Below, in pieces: positions 35,532-47,185 of a stretch of 64,000 bases of DNA. Made by a program: the position numbers and the translations under genes. The notes beneath the pieces are model-generated. The model was not told the origin of the DNA and did not search any database. It saw only the letters and a program-made list of their open reading frames with translations. The first letter of the stretch is position 1. Every line of letters begins with the position of its first letter. Location: assembly GCF_036321535.1 (NCBI RefSeq), contig NC_087437.1:122390001-122454000 (forward strand). Direction: 5' to 3'. Source of the stretch: Camelus dromedarius (Eukaryota).

Positions 35532-35683
35532 CTACAAGACCAAATTTTATCCTTAAACCACGAGATAGAAGAGTGTCATTCGGAACTGGAGAGGCTCCAG
35601 CAGAGGCGGGAACGGGAGAACCAGGAGGGCACGAACCTCATCTCGATGCTCAAGTCCGACATCGACCTGTCTCACGGCGAAAG
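35532..35683 (+). CDS. PCNT: PCNT exon (about exon 17), 152 nt
   Basis: ttcttcaacag|CTACAAGAC...GAAAG|gtcagt; LQDQILSLNHEIEECHSELERLQQRRERENQEGTNLISMLKSD. Confidence 0.96.
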
Positions 35684-37350
35684 GTCAGTGGCCGCCGCCC
35701 GAGCCCTGCTCATGGGCAGAGTGTGCATGGGCCCCTGGCGGGACAGGACCCCTGTGCTCGGACCCCCTCGTTCAAGAAGATGTTAAACGTCCAGACAAGT
35801 ACTGAGTCATGTCACAGAACCACATGCCTCCACCTCGCTTTGCCAGACCTTCACGTTTTGCCAGATTGTGAAGTCTGCTGCCGTGGTGAAGGCACAGTTG
35901 CCGACCCGTCCCTTCCTCTGGTTTGTTCTGGAGCCCTACGTAAGAAACAGTGTCCTGCCTGGAGCCGCGCACGTTTCCCCTCGTGCCTTCTTGTGGTCTT
36001 AGTTTGGCTTCCCCTGCGGGTCTGGCCTGGCCTGGGGCCATTCAGTTGTTTGCGCCTGACATCAGGGAATGCGCTGGTCTCCTCTGCGGAGTCGGCTCAA
36101 TGGCACTGCTGGGAAAGGCAACTCCTGAGCCGGCTCTCTGGGCCCCTCTGCAGCCCCTGGCCTATCGCTGCCAGTGTCTGGTCCGGCTGCTCGGTGCTCT
36201 GTGGTCCCTGCCACCCTGACCCCTGGTCTGAGCTCAGGGGTCGGGGTGTGTGCGGCTTGTGGGTCAGGGAGGCCAGGTGGGGAGGTGTCTTGTCACACGG
36301 GTGCAGTCTCCGTTCACTCCCTTTCCGGTTCCTTTGTCTCCTTGAGGACCTTTCACACTGTTGCCAGCACGTGCTCGTAGCTGCCTTGTGGCTGGTAGGT
36401 GTGTGCCGGGCAGAGGGTGACAGGCCCGGCTGCGAACCTGGGAGGGCATGGCGGAGCAAAGCACCTGAGGTTTTGGAGGGCGTGCTCGGTGGCTGAGATG
36501 GCCCGACACCCACAGGCGTTTGGCGTTTGTGAGGATCATGACGGGGACCAGGGGTCGGCATGGCCTGGACACGGTACAAGGATTGGGGGGGGAGAGTAGC
36601 GCCTTCTGGTGTTTTATCTCAGAGCAGAGCAGACACCGCCTGCCCAATCCCGTCTCCAGGGTGGTCCTCACGCTGCCCCGTCCACCCCCGCCGCAGGGCT
36701 CTGACGGCCCTGGTAGCCTCCTGCAGAGGCAGGGCCCCAGCTACGTGCAGTCTGCTCCTGCCCGCCTTGTCTCAGTCCACAGACCCTGTTCTCACTGTCT
36801 CTGTCCCTCACCTGGAGCTTCGCTTCCCGAGGGGTGGCTCTTCCTGTTTGAGTGGAGTTTCTGTGCTGGGCCCGAGGGAGGGATGTGAGTTGTGAATGGA
36901 TGGGGTGACGTCTTGCGGGGGCAGGACCACGTCCCCAGTGGGGTCACCATGCCACAGATGATGAGCCCCAGCTGGAAGGGCCGGATCAGAAGGATGCAGC
37001 TCAGAGGTAGGGTGCAGACTGTCTTGTGATCCTGTGAGAAACCGAGCCCCTCACCTCCCAGGCTCGTGTGGCCCCAGAGGGAGGCACCAGGAGTGCTCAC
37101 CGTGCATACTGGCAGTGGGTTAGGTGTGACTTCTGACTTTCGAGGAGGTGTCTCACGAGAGGGTAGAACCCTGCGTGGCCACGTTGGTGCCTGGCTCTGC
37201 TCCTGTGGGACAGGCTGGGCGCATACAGCCCCGCCGAGGGGAGAGCAGCTGTGAGGCGGCTCTGGGTGCAGCTGGTGTGTGGCTCAGGGCCCCTGCCTGG
37301 GGCCGGCAGGCTGGGGTCTGGGCTGATGCCGCCTGCCGCACACCCCCCAG

Positions 37351-37490
37351 GAGAGCTCTCCGGGACGCGCTGAGAAGGCTGCTGGGTTTGTTTGGAGAGA
37401 CGCTCGAGGCTGCCGTCGCTCTGAGGAGCCGGATTGGCGAGCGCGTGGGGCTATGCCTGGAGGAGGAGAGCCCACCCGACGCGCCCGCAG
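37351..37490 (+). CDS. PCNT: PCNT exon (about exon 18), 140 nt
   Basis: caccccccag|GAGAGCT...CCCGCAG|gtaagc; ALRDALRRLLGLFGETLEAAVALRSRIGERVGLCL. Confidence 0.95.
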
Positions 37491-37577
37491 GTAAGCACCG
37501 CGGCCCTGCGCTCAAGGCCGCTCCGCAGGGTGGGGGTGCCTGTCCGCCTGCAGCTCCCCTGTCCGCTCACGTCGTAG

Positions 37578-37816
37578 CCTCTGTGCCTGATGAGACGTGG
37601 CCTGGGCTTGACGCGGCCCCGCCGGAGCTGGACCGGACCTCGCCCGAGTGTGCGGAGACGTCTTCGGTGGCCGAGATTAGCAGTCACATCCGCGAAAGCT
37701 TTTTCATGAGCCCGGAGAGCACGCTGGAGTGCGAACAGCCCATCCGGAGGGTCTACCGGAGCCTGGGCCTGGCGGTCGATAGCCTCCTGGAGATGGTCCT
37801 GGACTCCACGCGGCAG
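37578..37816 (+). CDS. PCNT: PCNT exon (about exon 19), 239 nt
   Basis: cacgtcgtag|CCTCTGTG...CGGCAG|gtgaga; ELDRTSPECAETSSVAEISSHIRESFFMSPES. Confidence 0.9.
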
Positions 37817-39546
37817 GTGAGACGTGCCCACGTGGGGCCTGCAGTTGGTCCTCTTCAGAGGGAGGTGCTGAGCAAGTGGGCGGCGGGGCCGGCAGCTGCC
37901 CTGGACGCTCTGCTGGGCGCTGCTCCTGCAGCGTTCCTGACTCCTGGTTTGCAGGCGAGGCGGGGAGTGTCCCCTCCCAGGCGACCCTGACTTCTCCCGG
38001 GTCTCCCGCTGGTGCCGTCCTGATCCTGTTACTCCAGAGATTTCACCCACGTGGCTTCCTCAAGTAGGAGTCTTTCCTCAGCCGAAATTCTCGAGGAAGG
38101 ATGCTTGCTGTGGATGAAAACTAGACCCTCAGTGTACTTACTTTAGGGCATGTGTGTCCACCCGCCTTTAGTGTACTTCGTACACTGGTTTAATTCCACA
38201 TTGAATATGTTTGTATTTAGAGATTGTTACCGAAGATGAGAAGTTTTTGTTAACTTTTTAGAAAATTTCAGAAAATTATCGAAGACCTTAAATAGGAAAA
38301 TGTGGAAGGCAATAGAGACCTTTTTCCGAAGTTGTCCGGTTAGAAGATGAGTGTTTTCACGTGAGGCTGTTGCCATCTCAGAAAAACCGAGAAAGTGTTG
38401 CCCCTGCAGTGAAAGCAAGTAGGTCAGCAGTGCTGAACTCAGACGTTTCTCCTCCAGTTTCTTTCCATCTTCTCTCAAAAACTGGACGGAGTTGGGCTGC
38501 GTCTGAGAAGTCATCAGGTGCTTTTGACTGTCTCCCAAGTGCAGTTAATGGAAGCAGATGCTCTCGGGTGCGTCTTGTGGGCAGGCATCCCGCCTGCAGG
38601 TCTGACCCGGCGCCAGGCCCTGCATCGCATCTGTGCTCGTGCGCGGGTGTGTGGGGGCCTCGCTGGCTCGTCAGAAGTCCTGCCCCCACCAGTGTGCTCC
38701 GTGGGGGCAGCGGGCAGGCTTGGTGAGGTGGGTGAGCCTTGTGGGAGGTGGGGGTTGGCAGGAGGGCCCTGTTCAGGTCGGGGTCGGTGGTGGGGGCCGC
38801 CTGAGGGCCTTTGGCTGCAGGAAGAGCAGGTGGTGGCCGGCCAGCTGGAGTCGGGCAGGTTTTCGAGAGGGCGGGGGCTGTGGAAGGGGCCACGGCAGCC
38901 AGGCCGCTTCAGGGCTGTTGTCAAGGGGAAGCTGACAGGTTTCCTTAAGAGGCCAGGCCCTGGGCGGGTCAGAGCTGGTTACACGCAGGGGGCGGAGGGG
39001 CCCAGGCCAGGTGCTGAGCTTTCTGTCAGGATAGTTGTGTGTGCATGTTTTGAACTGAGAAATTGATCTGGGCCCCCAGCCTGTGTGGATGGCCTGGGAG
39101 CCTCAGACGGGACGTGCCCACCAGGGGAGCGTAGGAGGGGCTTCGTGGTGACCCAGCTGGGGAGGGAGAGTCGCACACAGGCAGTGGAGGTGCGGTGAGT
39201 TTTCTGCTCGGTGTGGTGACCGAGCCCTTCCATGCCCTCCACCTGCAGGTCACCAGGTGGCCTGTCCCTGCCCGGGCCCTTTGAGATGCTCTCCCCTCAG
39301 TGCCACCCACAGACGCACGTGGGGGCAGTGTTTGCAAGCAGCAGGCAGTCTGTCTGCGGGCACAGAGCTTTTCTGTGTTGAGAATGTGTTGATTATTTAG
39401 TGACTGACATGGCAGCACACACTGACGTTGCTGTTTACGGGGTATTTGTGGTTTCACCCGAATTCTGTGCGAGGAGCATCCTGTCAGTGTCCGTGAAGCT
39501 TTGATCACTTTCGGTACCGAATCCCATCGTCAAACGTGTCTCGCAG

Positions 39547-39709
39547 CTGGAGGAGGCGCGTCAGATCCACTCTCGCCTGGAGAGGGAGCTCAGCTGCAAG
39601 AGTGAGGAGACAGCGCAGGTGGTGAGAAAGCACCAGGAGCTGCTGGAGTGCCTGGACGCCGAGAGCACGGCCAAGACCCGGCTGACACTGGAGCTGCACG
39701 AGGCGGGGG
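39547..39709 (+). CDS. PCNT: PCNT exon (about exon 20), 163 nt
   Basis: gtctcgcag|CTGGAGGAG...GCGGGGG|gtgagc; LEEARQIHSRLERELSCKSEETAQVVRKHQELLECL. Confidence 0.95.
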
Positions 39710-39914
39710 GTGAGCCTGGCAGGAGGGGCTGTGGCCTCGGTGACCCGCGGCCCTGGTGTCTGGCGCCCACGGAGGCCTCGTGTGCCGGGCGCTCGACTGG
39801 CCCGCAGGCGGCCCGAGCCATCTGTGCGGGAGCAGGACACAGGCCTGGCCGCTCAGCTCCCAGCGGGGCCTCAGCTGCTGTGTCCCCCGTGTCCCCCTTG
39901 TCCTCTGTCCGCAG

Positions 39915-40127
39915 GCATCATCGAGGGGTTCAAGGAGGAGAAGGCCGGCCTGCAGGAGGCCCTGGGCCGGAAGGAGGCGAGTGAGCGGAGCCTGGTGGTG
40001 GAGCTGGAGGGCCTGCAGCAGCAGCTGCAGCGGGCGACCCAGCAGCTGGCGGAGCTGCAGGAGGAGAACCACGCGCTGCAGGGCCAGAAGGAGGCCATGA
40101 CCGTGGCAGCGGGAGAGAGAGAAGCCG
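39915..40127 (+). CDS. PCNT: PCNT exon (about exon 21), 213 nt
   Basis: ctgtccgcag|GCATCATC...GAAGCCG|gtagga; IIEGFKEEKAGLQEALGRKEASERSLVVELEGL. Confidence 0.95.
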
Positions 40128-40292
40128 GTAGGACATAGAGCTGCTGGGCTGCGGGTGGAGCTGCTGGCTCGTGGGCTGGAGATCTAAGGTGAAGGAGGTG
40201 AGGGTGCGGGCGTGGGCTTCTCAGGGTCAGGCTGCCAGGGGGCATGGCCGGTGCCCAGCTCTCCACAAGGCCTGGTCACCAGCGAGAGGAGA

Positions 40293-40736
40293 TGCTGAGA
40301 ACACTGCTCGCCTGGTTGTCAGTGTCAGCCCGGACGTCCCACAAGGCAGTAAGGCAGCAGAAAGTGTTTATTTGGGATCGAAGAATTGCAATTTGGAGCA
40401 GAGAGATTCGGTTCCCCCTGGGGAACAAAGTTGGGGCTTTTAAAGGCACAGAAGGCAGATTTGCCTTACAAGGAATTTTCACTGGAGGCAGAAGCCAGTT
40501 GGGCTGAACGTGCCAGGCGCTCAGGCCGTCCGTCCCGTATGGGAGGATGAGTCTGTTAACGGGAACAAGGGGCAGGTGAGGTCTCTGGCCGAGTCCTTGG
40601 ACTCCCATGCTTTGGCCTGGTTCCGAAGTTCCCGGCTGCGCCCTGTGGGCACATGTGTACCATACACTCCTCAGTGGCCCGGGCTCCGCGTTCAAACCCC
40701 TTGACATGGCGACTCCGTTTTACTTCACGTTTCACA
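40293..40736 (-). mobile_element. Probable ERV1-class solo LTR
   Basis: TG start, ...gactccgttttacttcacgtttcaCA end, tttatt (minus-strand AATAAA) followed by aagaattgcaatt; AGAT near both ends. Confidence 0.5.
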
Positions 40737-41129
40737 AGATAAACAGCCCAAAACCATGAAGAAAATGAGGGCTGCTTTAAGGTTCTGTTTAAAGTCGCCA
40801 ACTAAGCGCCTAATGTTAACTTTAGCTAGGAAGACGCAGTTCCAGCAAAAGTAGTTCATGATAGTTTTAGATTCTTAGTTTTGATCTTAAAATATTTAAT
40901 ATAAAGACAATTAAACAAAAAGCTTACAATGTGACATTTGCAGGCGGTGTCATCAGCGGGTCTGTAAGATGTGATTCTGCGTGAGTTCTGGTCCAGGTTC
41001 CCAGACCTCTCCCGACCAGGCAGATGGGGGTGTGTGGGGGCCCTTGCCCCATCTCATCCCTGAGGGAGCCGCTGCCTTTCGGGGGTTGTGCTGAGCTGGG
41101 TCTGGGCGTGCTCCATCCCCGCCAGTCAG

Positions 41130-42240
41130 GAAACTCATTTCTCTTCCTCCAAGTTCTTCTCTTTAATTTTTCTCATTGATAAACTACCAAATTCCTGTTT
41201 TGTCTGCTTGGTTAATTTCTGCCTTTGTCCTTGTCACCTCTCTGGGGTGGGACTTGTGACTCATGCTAACCCTTGGTCTTGTGTCTACGTGTGAGCCTGA
41301 CAGGCCTGCAGTCTCCTGAAGCAAAGAGTGATTGTACCGTTGCCTTAATTTCTGTCCACACGAGTTATTTAAACTGTCTGTGGCCATTTCTAGACTTGAT
41401 CTTCTTGTTCAGTTTTCTCGTAATACGTGTAACTTCCCTTTGTCTCTTTTCCATTTTTTGATGTAAATTTCTGATGTTAAAAAAATTTACCTGCTTGCTT
41501 TTTCCCCTGGGACGTCTTTTTTCACCCCTTCACTTTCAGTCTTTTTTATACTCTGGGTTGTGTCCCTTATGGACGTGGTGTTCATTAAAATCTGACCTGC
41601 GGCGTCTTCTTGTTCTGTGTCTCCTCGGGGCTTCCTGGGACTCGCTCCCCTCCCGCCTCGCCGCTGAGGGGTGGCGGCTGGCCGCTGCTGACCGTGCGGC
41701 CGTCTGCTCCCCCAGCATGGAAACCGGTCCTCTCTCCCCTCCGGCTTCTGCTAGGCCCAGGGACGGGGGTGTGAGCGTGAGAGCACGTGTGCTCCGCGAG
41801 TCCCTGTCGTGTGCACGGTGCTCCCTTGGTGGCAGTGAGATGGGGGGTGGTTTTCGCCCCGACTCTGTGGACTGGACTCTTTCAGAGAAGGACTGTGAGG
41901 GGCACTTTCAAGACCCTGAGGACCTGAAAGTTTCCGTGTTTCACTTTCATCCTTAAATAAAGTGGTGGCTGGAAGATGCAGCCCTAGGCTTGATTTCCTT
42001 TCCTTTAACACTTCGAGACCGCAGACGTCGTTTTCTGGCACCCCGCTCTCGGCTGAGGTGTCGGTCGTGTGTCTTTGCGGGTGTTTTCAGGCGCTTCTCT
42101 TTGCTGGGATGTTCTCACGTGTCAGAGGACTGTGTCTAGGAGGTCCCGCTCTGCCGGGGGCCCGGCGTCTTGCATCCGGGGCTTTGTCCGTCATTATTTC
42201 CTCAACGTCGTCTCTTCTGCCTGATACTTTCCTGTCCACA
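41130..42240 (-). mobile_element. Possible highly degraded L1 (ORF1 to ORF2 start)
   Basis: ttttcacccttcactttcagtc-like and gtccgtcattatttcctcaa strings; heavily GC-shifted. Confidence 0.4.
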
Positions 42241-43985
42241 CGTGCTGTGGGCCTCACGTCCCAGTGGGCAGTGCCCTGTTCCCAGGTATTAGCGCCCTGG
42301 CCTGTCCCGTCTGAGACCCGTGTTTGTTACCGTGACCTCTCACGCCTGCAGCCCACCCTCCTTGCGTCGGGTGTGAGTGCGTCAGAGTCGGGACCCCGTG
42401 GGAGACACGAAGTGCGGGGCCGGCTGAGCGGCCACAGCCCTGAGCCGGGGAGCAGCCTCGTCCCGGCTGCCCAAGGCCCCAGTGACTCTGCCTGGACTGG
42501 CCCGCAGGCCCTGATCCACCCACACCTGGGCCTGGACCTCCCCTGGCGCCTTCAGGGCGATGCCATCTGTACTGTGTTTTTCCTTACCGTCTTTAAACGT
42601 CGGTGCCAGAGCCCCTGGGAGCCGGGGCCCACAGGGGCCTCAGTCCGTCCAGGCTGCTGTGGCTGATGCCAGAGACCTGGCGGCCCAGCTGCTGGAGGCA
42701 TTTCTAACATGGTCCTGGCGGCGGAATCCAAGGTGAAGACGCCAGCTGAGCTGCCTCCTAGTGGGAGCCGCTGTCGGGTCACAGGCGCCGTCTCTCTGGG
42801 CCGTCCGTCCCATTTAGGAGGGCAGGAGCTCGTGGGCCCCTTTACCATCAAGGCACGAACCCCATCGTGGGGCCGCACCCCAGCACCAGCATCTGGATCC
42901 TGGGGGCACAGATGTTACTGAGATGCACAAATTTAGAGACACATGAGGCCCCAGCGCTTCCCGGGACCCTGCTGCTGCCACCCTCCCTTCTCTGTTGCTG
43001 ACTTTCACTCCCAGACCTCCTGTTCTCTGTTTTCATCCCTGAAAATGCTGTGTGTTCTCATTTGCAGGCCTTCCTGTTACTGTAGCACACAAGGATTCAG
43101 GTTTGTGAGAACAAACGCGTTATTTCTGTGATGCGCTGTGTTTGCGTCGGGTTTTGGAAAGTTTTTACTAAAGAAAAAAAGTGCTTCAGAGCTTTTGTGG
43201 CAAACGGTTACATAAAACGATAACTTTGATCTTCAGTATTCAGCACGTAAAAGCGGGCAGGCGTCGGTCTCATAATGCTTACGCTGCTGCTGCAGGGACC
43301 ACGTCTTGCGATGCTTGTCCTTGGGCGGGGTCCTGCGCTTGGCCCGGGAGCCTCCCGACTCTGGACTCAGCCCGAGTGTGGCCTCAGTGGCTGCATGGAC
43401 GCCTCTCCTCAGTCCTGAAGGTGGTGCTGTCAGGGTGTCGGGTGTCACAGTGACACACGAGCCCTCGTTTTGAGTCCCCAAGGGCTGGGAATGACGTTGC
43501 TCTGGCTGCATGTTTAAGCCTGATTTACCATAGTTGCTGACTTACTAGCATGGAATTTTATTGAGAATGTTATATCAGTGGTGATGGTACTTTGCTATAA
43601 AAGATTGATTTTTACAAACTAAAATAATTAACTTTTGAAAGCTAATGACTTGTAGATACAAACTTATGAACTTAATATTGCAGTTTCTGGGTTGTTTCAA
43701 CACGTCAGGACCCACACAGGGAAAACTGTTTCCCATAGGTGCTTATTAACCTGCAGTTTCCCCTTGGGCTGTGGCCTTGTCATCCCCGGCTTAGTGAGCC
43801 CTGTGCTGGTGGCCGGTCTGCCAGGGACTGGGCTCCCTCGGGGGCAGGTTTAATTCACAGTGTGTGTTTCCATAGTGGAGAGTGTATGTGACCTGGTCTG
43901 TCACTGGGGGACACCAAGATGTGTTCTCTTCTCAGGCTTTAAAAATGTGCATTTTAGCTGATTTTCATTTAAAAGTAGTAATTGA

Positions 43986-44128
43986 GGGGGAGGGTAGAGC
44001 TCAGTGGCAGAGTGTGTGCTCAGCATGCAGGAGGCCCTGGGTTCAGTCCCCCAGTACCTCCATTAAAAACAAATGCGTAAGTAAACCTGATTACCTCCCC
44101 CCCAACACAAATAAGTAAATAAATAAAA
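43986..44128 (+). mobile_element. tRNA-Ala-derived SINE (Vic-1-like)
   Basis: GGGGGAGGGTAGAGCTCAGTGG (A box), AGC anticodon remnant, GGTTCAGTCCC (B box), A-rich tail. Confidence 0.9.
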
Positions 44129-44189
44129 GGTGTGGTTCTTCCCCCTCCCTTCCCTTTTGTGAACGCGCTCAGCGTTGTTTCGGTATGTA

Positions 44190-44385
44190 TGTATTGTGTT
44201 GAAGCATGGTCAGCTCACAGCGCTGTGTCCTGTCGGGGGCAGCACAAGCTTCAGTCGTGCACGGACACCATGTACTCGTTTTCAGATTCTTTTCCACCGT
44301 AGGCCACTACCAGACATTGAATGTCATTCCCCGTGCTGCACAGCGTGGACTGGCTGTTTGTCTGTTCTTTACAGGCTAGTTAGTA
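44190..44385 (-). mobile_element. L1 3' end fragment
   Basis: cgttttcagattcttttccaccgtagg...cattgaatgtcattccccgtgctgcacag. Confidence 0.7.
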
Positions 44386-44616
44386 TCTGTAGGAACTCTA
44401 GACTTCGTTTCAGTGGGTGTTTGGCTGAGTCGTGGCTGTTCCTAGGCTGTGGGCTCGGCCTCTCCAGGCGGCCGTGCATCCTCAGTCAGGTCACACGCCT
44501 GCGGGAGTGGGGGACGGGAGGCCTCGGGCTGCCCTGGCGGCTGGATGCTCTGTGTTTCTGTGGGAACAGGCACCCTGAGCTCAGCTTGCGCCCGCCTGCT
44601 CTCTCTGCACCTGCAG

Positions 44617-44846
44617 CTCTTCGCAGGGAGGTGGATTCTCTCACAGAGGAGCAGTCAGAGGCCAGGAAGCAGTGTGAGAAGGACCGCTCGGCTCTGCTGG
44701 CGCAGATGCGGGTTCTGGAGGCCGAGCTGGAGGAGCAGCTCTCCCGGCACCAGGCGTGTGCCCGGCAGGCCGAGGAGCTCTCTGCCCTGAGCCAGCAGAT
44801 GGGCTCTCTGGACAAGCAGCTGCGTCGCCAGCGCCAGTTCATGGAC
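44617..44846 (+). CDS. PCNT: PCNT exon (about exon 22), 230 nt
   Basis: cacctgcag|CTCTTCGC...ATGGAC|gtaaga; LRREVDSLTEEQSEARKQCEKDRSALLAQM...QRQFMD. Confidence 0.95.
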
Positions 44847-45213
44847 GTAAGAGTTTTGATCTCTTTGGGGTCGAATTGTAGTCGGAACTTCTCCCCAGGT
44901 CCTTAAGTAACTTCTTCGCTGTGACGTTAGGGTTAAGGTGCCCACGCTCCACTCCACAGCCCCGGTGTAGGACTGCGCGCCCAGCCCACCGCTGTCAAGG
45001 AGGCACCTGCAGCCCCGTGGCTCTGTCTTTCCATCCTGCCCACGTTTCAGAAGCCCCCTGGGTCCCCCGAGGGCCACCCTTTGATGGTGCCCACAGCAAG
45101 GGACCCTTCCGCCCTCTCGCTTGAGACCCGCACTGGTCTTCTCGGGGCGGGGTTGTGTAGTGGGTGCCACGGTGCTCAGAGGAAAGGGTCCCAACAGGCC
45201 GCCTCTCTGACAG

Positions 45214-45330
45214 GAGCAGGCTGCGGAGAGGGAGCAGGAGCGCGAGGAGTTTCAGCAGGAGATTCAGAGGCTGGAGGAGCAGCTTCGGCAGGCAGCCAGG
45301 CTGCAGCCCCGGGGCCCCTGCGACAGCGAC
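45214..45330 (+). CDS. PCNT: PCNT exon (about exon 23), 117 nt
   Basis: ctctgacag|GAGCAG...AGCGAC|gtgagt; EQAAEREQEREEFQQEIQRLEEQLRQAA. Confidence 0.95.
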
Positions 45331-45434
45331 GTGAGTCAGCCCCGCGCGCGGGTTTGTGCCTGTGGGGGGCTGTTCTCTGCGACGGTATTAAGCTTTATCT
45401 TTGCAAATGCTTTTCCTTCTGTGAGCAGCGACAG

Positions 45435-45455
45435 TGGACGCAGCTGGATGAGGAG
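45435..45455 (+). CDS. PCNT: PCNT micro-exon (about exon 24), 21 nt; 27 nt if the acceptor at 45428 is used
   Basis: ttttccttctgtgagcagcgacag|TGGACGCAGCTGGATGAGGAG|gtagg; WTQLDEE versus recalled human QAPLDGE. Confidence 0.8.
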
Positions 45456-45629
45456 GTAGGGAGCTCCGTGCTGGTGTCCGCCCGCCCGCCCGCCCACTGC
45501 ACGGCCACGCGGGGAGGGGTGCACAGGACCCTTCTCTCGGCTTGTCTGTCCTGCTTCCTCTGCCTGGGGCGGGATCTGCCTGCCACTCCTGTCTGTTTAG
45601 CTGTGGTCGATGTGCTTTTTCTTCTTAAG

Positions 45630-45950
45630 ACGCAAACTTACTTTGAGACAATTGTGGATTCACCCGCAGCTGTTAAGAAGTGAGACCCAGTCCCCCCACC
45701 CCGTGGTGCCATCCTGCAGAAGGTCAGGGCCAGGGCGGGCATGCAGACAGGAGACCGCAGGCCCTTGCTAACCTGGCCGCTCCCCGTAGCTTTGCAGTTT
45801 CTGTGCTGTTGTGCAAACACATCGCAGGTGTGTGGCCTTTGGAGGGTGGCTGTTTTCACACAGCCTGATTCTGGAGACTGGGATGGGCTGAGCTGCACCG
45901 CACCTGGCCCTTGTGATTGCTGAGGGGCGTCTGCTCCATACTGCCAAATT
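45630..45950 (-). mobile_element. Old L1MC-like 3' fragment
   Basis: tactttgagacaattgtggattcacccgcagctgttaagaa. Confidence 0.55.
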
Positions 45951-46138
45951 AAGTTCTTTTACTAACAAAGTCTGTCTTTTTACTGGGAGAACTCCATCGC
46001 GCGCTCTCGCCAGGCCTTTCTATGCAGCTCAGGTCTGGAAAACCGCGTAGAGGTCGATTTCCTTGCAGTTTCGTTGTGCACTTTTTAACTTAGAAGATTT
46101 TTTTCCAATATTTATGAAGCATTTTTTGGTTGTTTTAG

Positions 46139-46345
46139 GTTGAATTGTTAGAAGAAAAATTGCGAGAAAAATCAGATGGACTTAATGAGTTGATATTAAA
46201 GAAAGAATTGGCGGATAGACAAGTGCTAATCCAGGAAGAGGAGATTAGACGTCTCAAGGAGACAAATGCCAGCACCGCGAGGAGACTCGTGCAGCTCCAG
46301 GAAGACCTGGAGAGACAGAGGAGAACTGTGCAGGACCTGGAGCAG
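46139..46345 (+). CDS. PCNT: PCNT exon (about exon 25), 207 nt
   Basis: tgttttag|GTTGAA...GAGCAG|gtgagc; VELLEEKLREKSDGLNELILKKELADRQVLIQEEEI. Confidence 0.96.
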
Positions 46346-46449
46346 GTGAGCACCCCGTCGTGCTCGGGGTGGGGGTCCCAGCAGGGTGTGCGGCTCTGGG
46401 GCGCTCCTGGCCCGTTGCTCTGTGGGGCTGAGCTGCAGAGCCCTGGCTC

Positions 46450-47185
46450 TGACCCCTGTGGGCACTCCTCGCCACACTTATGACACTCGGGGCACCAGAG
46501 GTGAGGTCCCCCATCCTCAGCGACCCCCCTGGGTGTTCTACAGCTTAGCTCCGCTCTGACACCGTCTTCCAGGAGGTGGCGTCAGACCCCACAACTTAAG
46601 GACTCAGACCCACAGGACTGCCCCTGCCCCCAGACGTCCATCTCAAGTCCAGATGGCGTAGATCAAAGGGTCCCACAACCTCCTCGGGTCCAACGAATAC
46701 AGTAGAGTGGCTCACAGAACTCAAGACATTTTACTTACTAGATGAGCGGTTTATCAGAAAAAAGATACAACTGAGGAACAGCCAGATGGAAGAGGTGTGG
46801 AAGGCAGGGTGTGGGGAGGGGTGCACCAACCCAGAAGCCCAGGAGCCTGTCCTTTTGGGTTTTTGTGGAGACTTCCTCATGCAGCCATGATTGATTCACC
46901 CTTCAGCCCCCTCCCCGCCGGAGGTCAGGGGCGAGATGGAAAGCTCTGACCCTTTAATCACATGGTTGGCTCACTTGCCCAGCAGCCCCCATCCTTAGGT
47001 GACCTGGGGTCTCCCTGAATGTCCGCTCAGTACCACAGACTCAGATGTGGCGGGAGGGGCTTGTCACGAGTACCGAGGCACCTTCATCACCGCCACTGCG
47101 CCGGAGACCCCAAGGGTGTCAGGATTCCGTGCCAGGAGGTGGATGAAAACCAATTGTGCGTTTCCTGTCACATCCCAGCGTCACG
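46450..47185 (-). mobile_element. MER21-like LTR
   Basis: tcagaccccacaacttaaggactcagacccacaggactgcccc; agagtggctcacagaactc; gaacagccagatggaagag; ctttaatcacatggttgg. Confidence 0.8.

Noticed and set aside
35573..36496. 307-aa plus-strand ORF
   Set aside because: Starts out of frame within exon 17 and runs into intron; no recognisable protein features.
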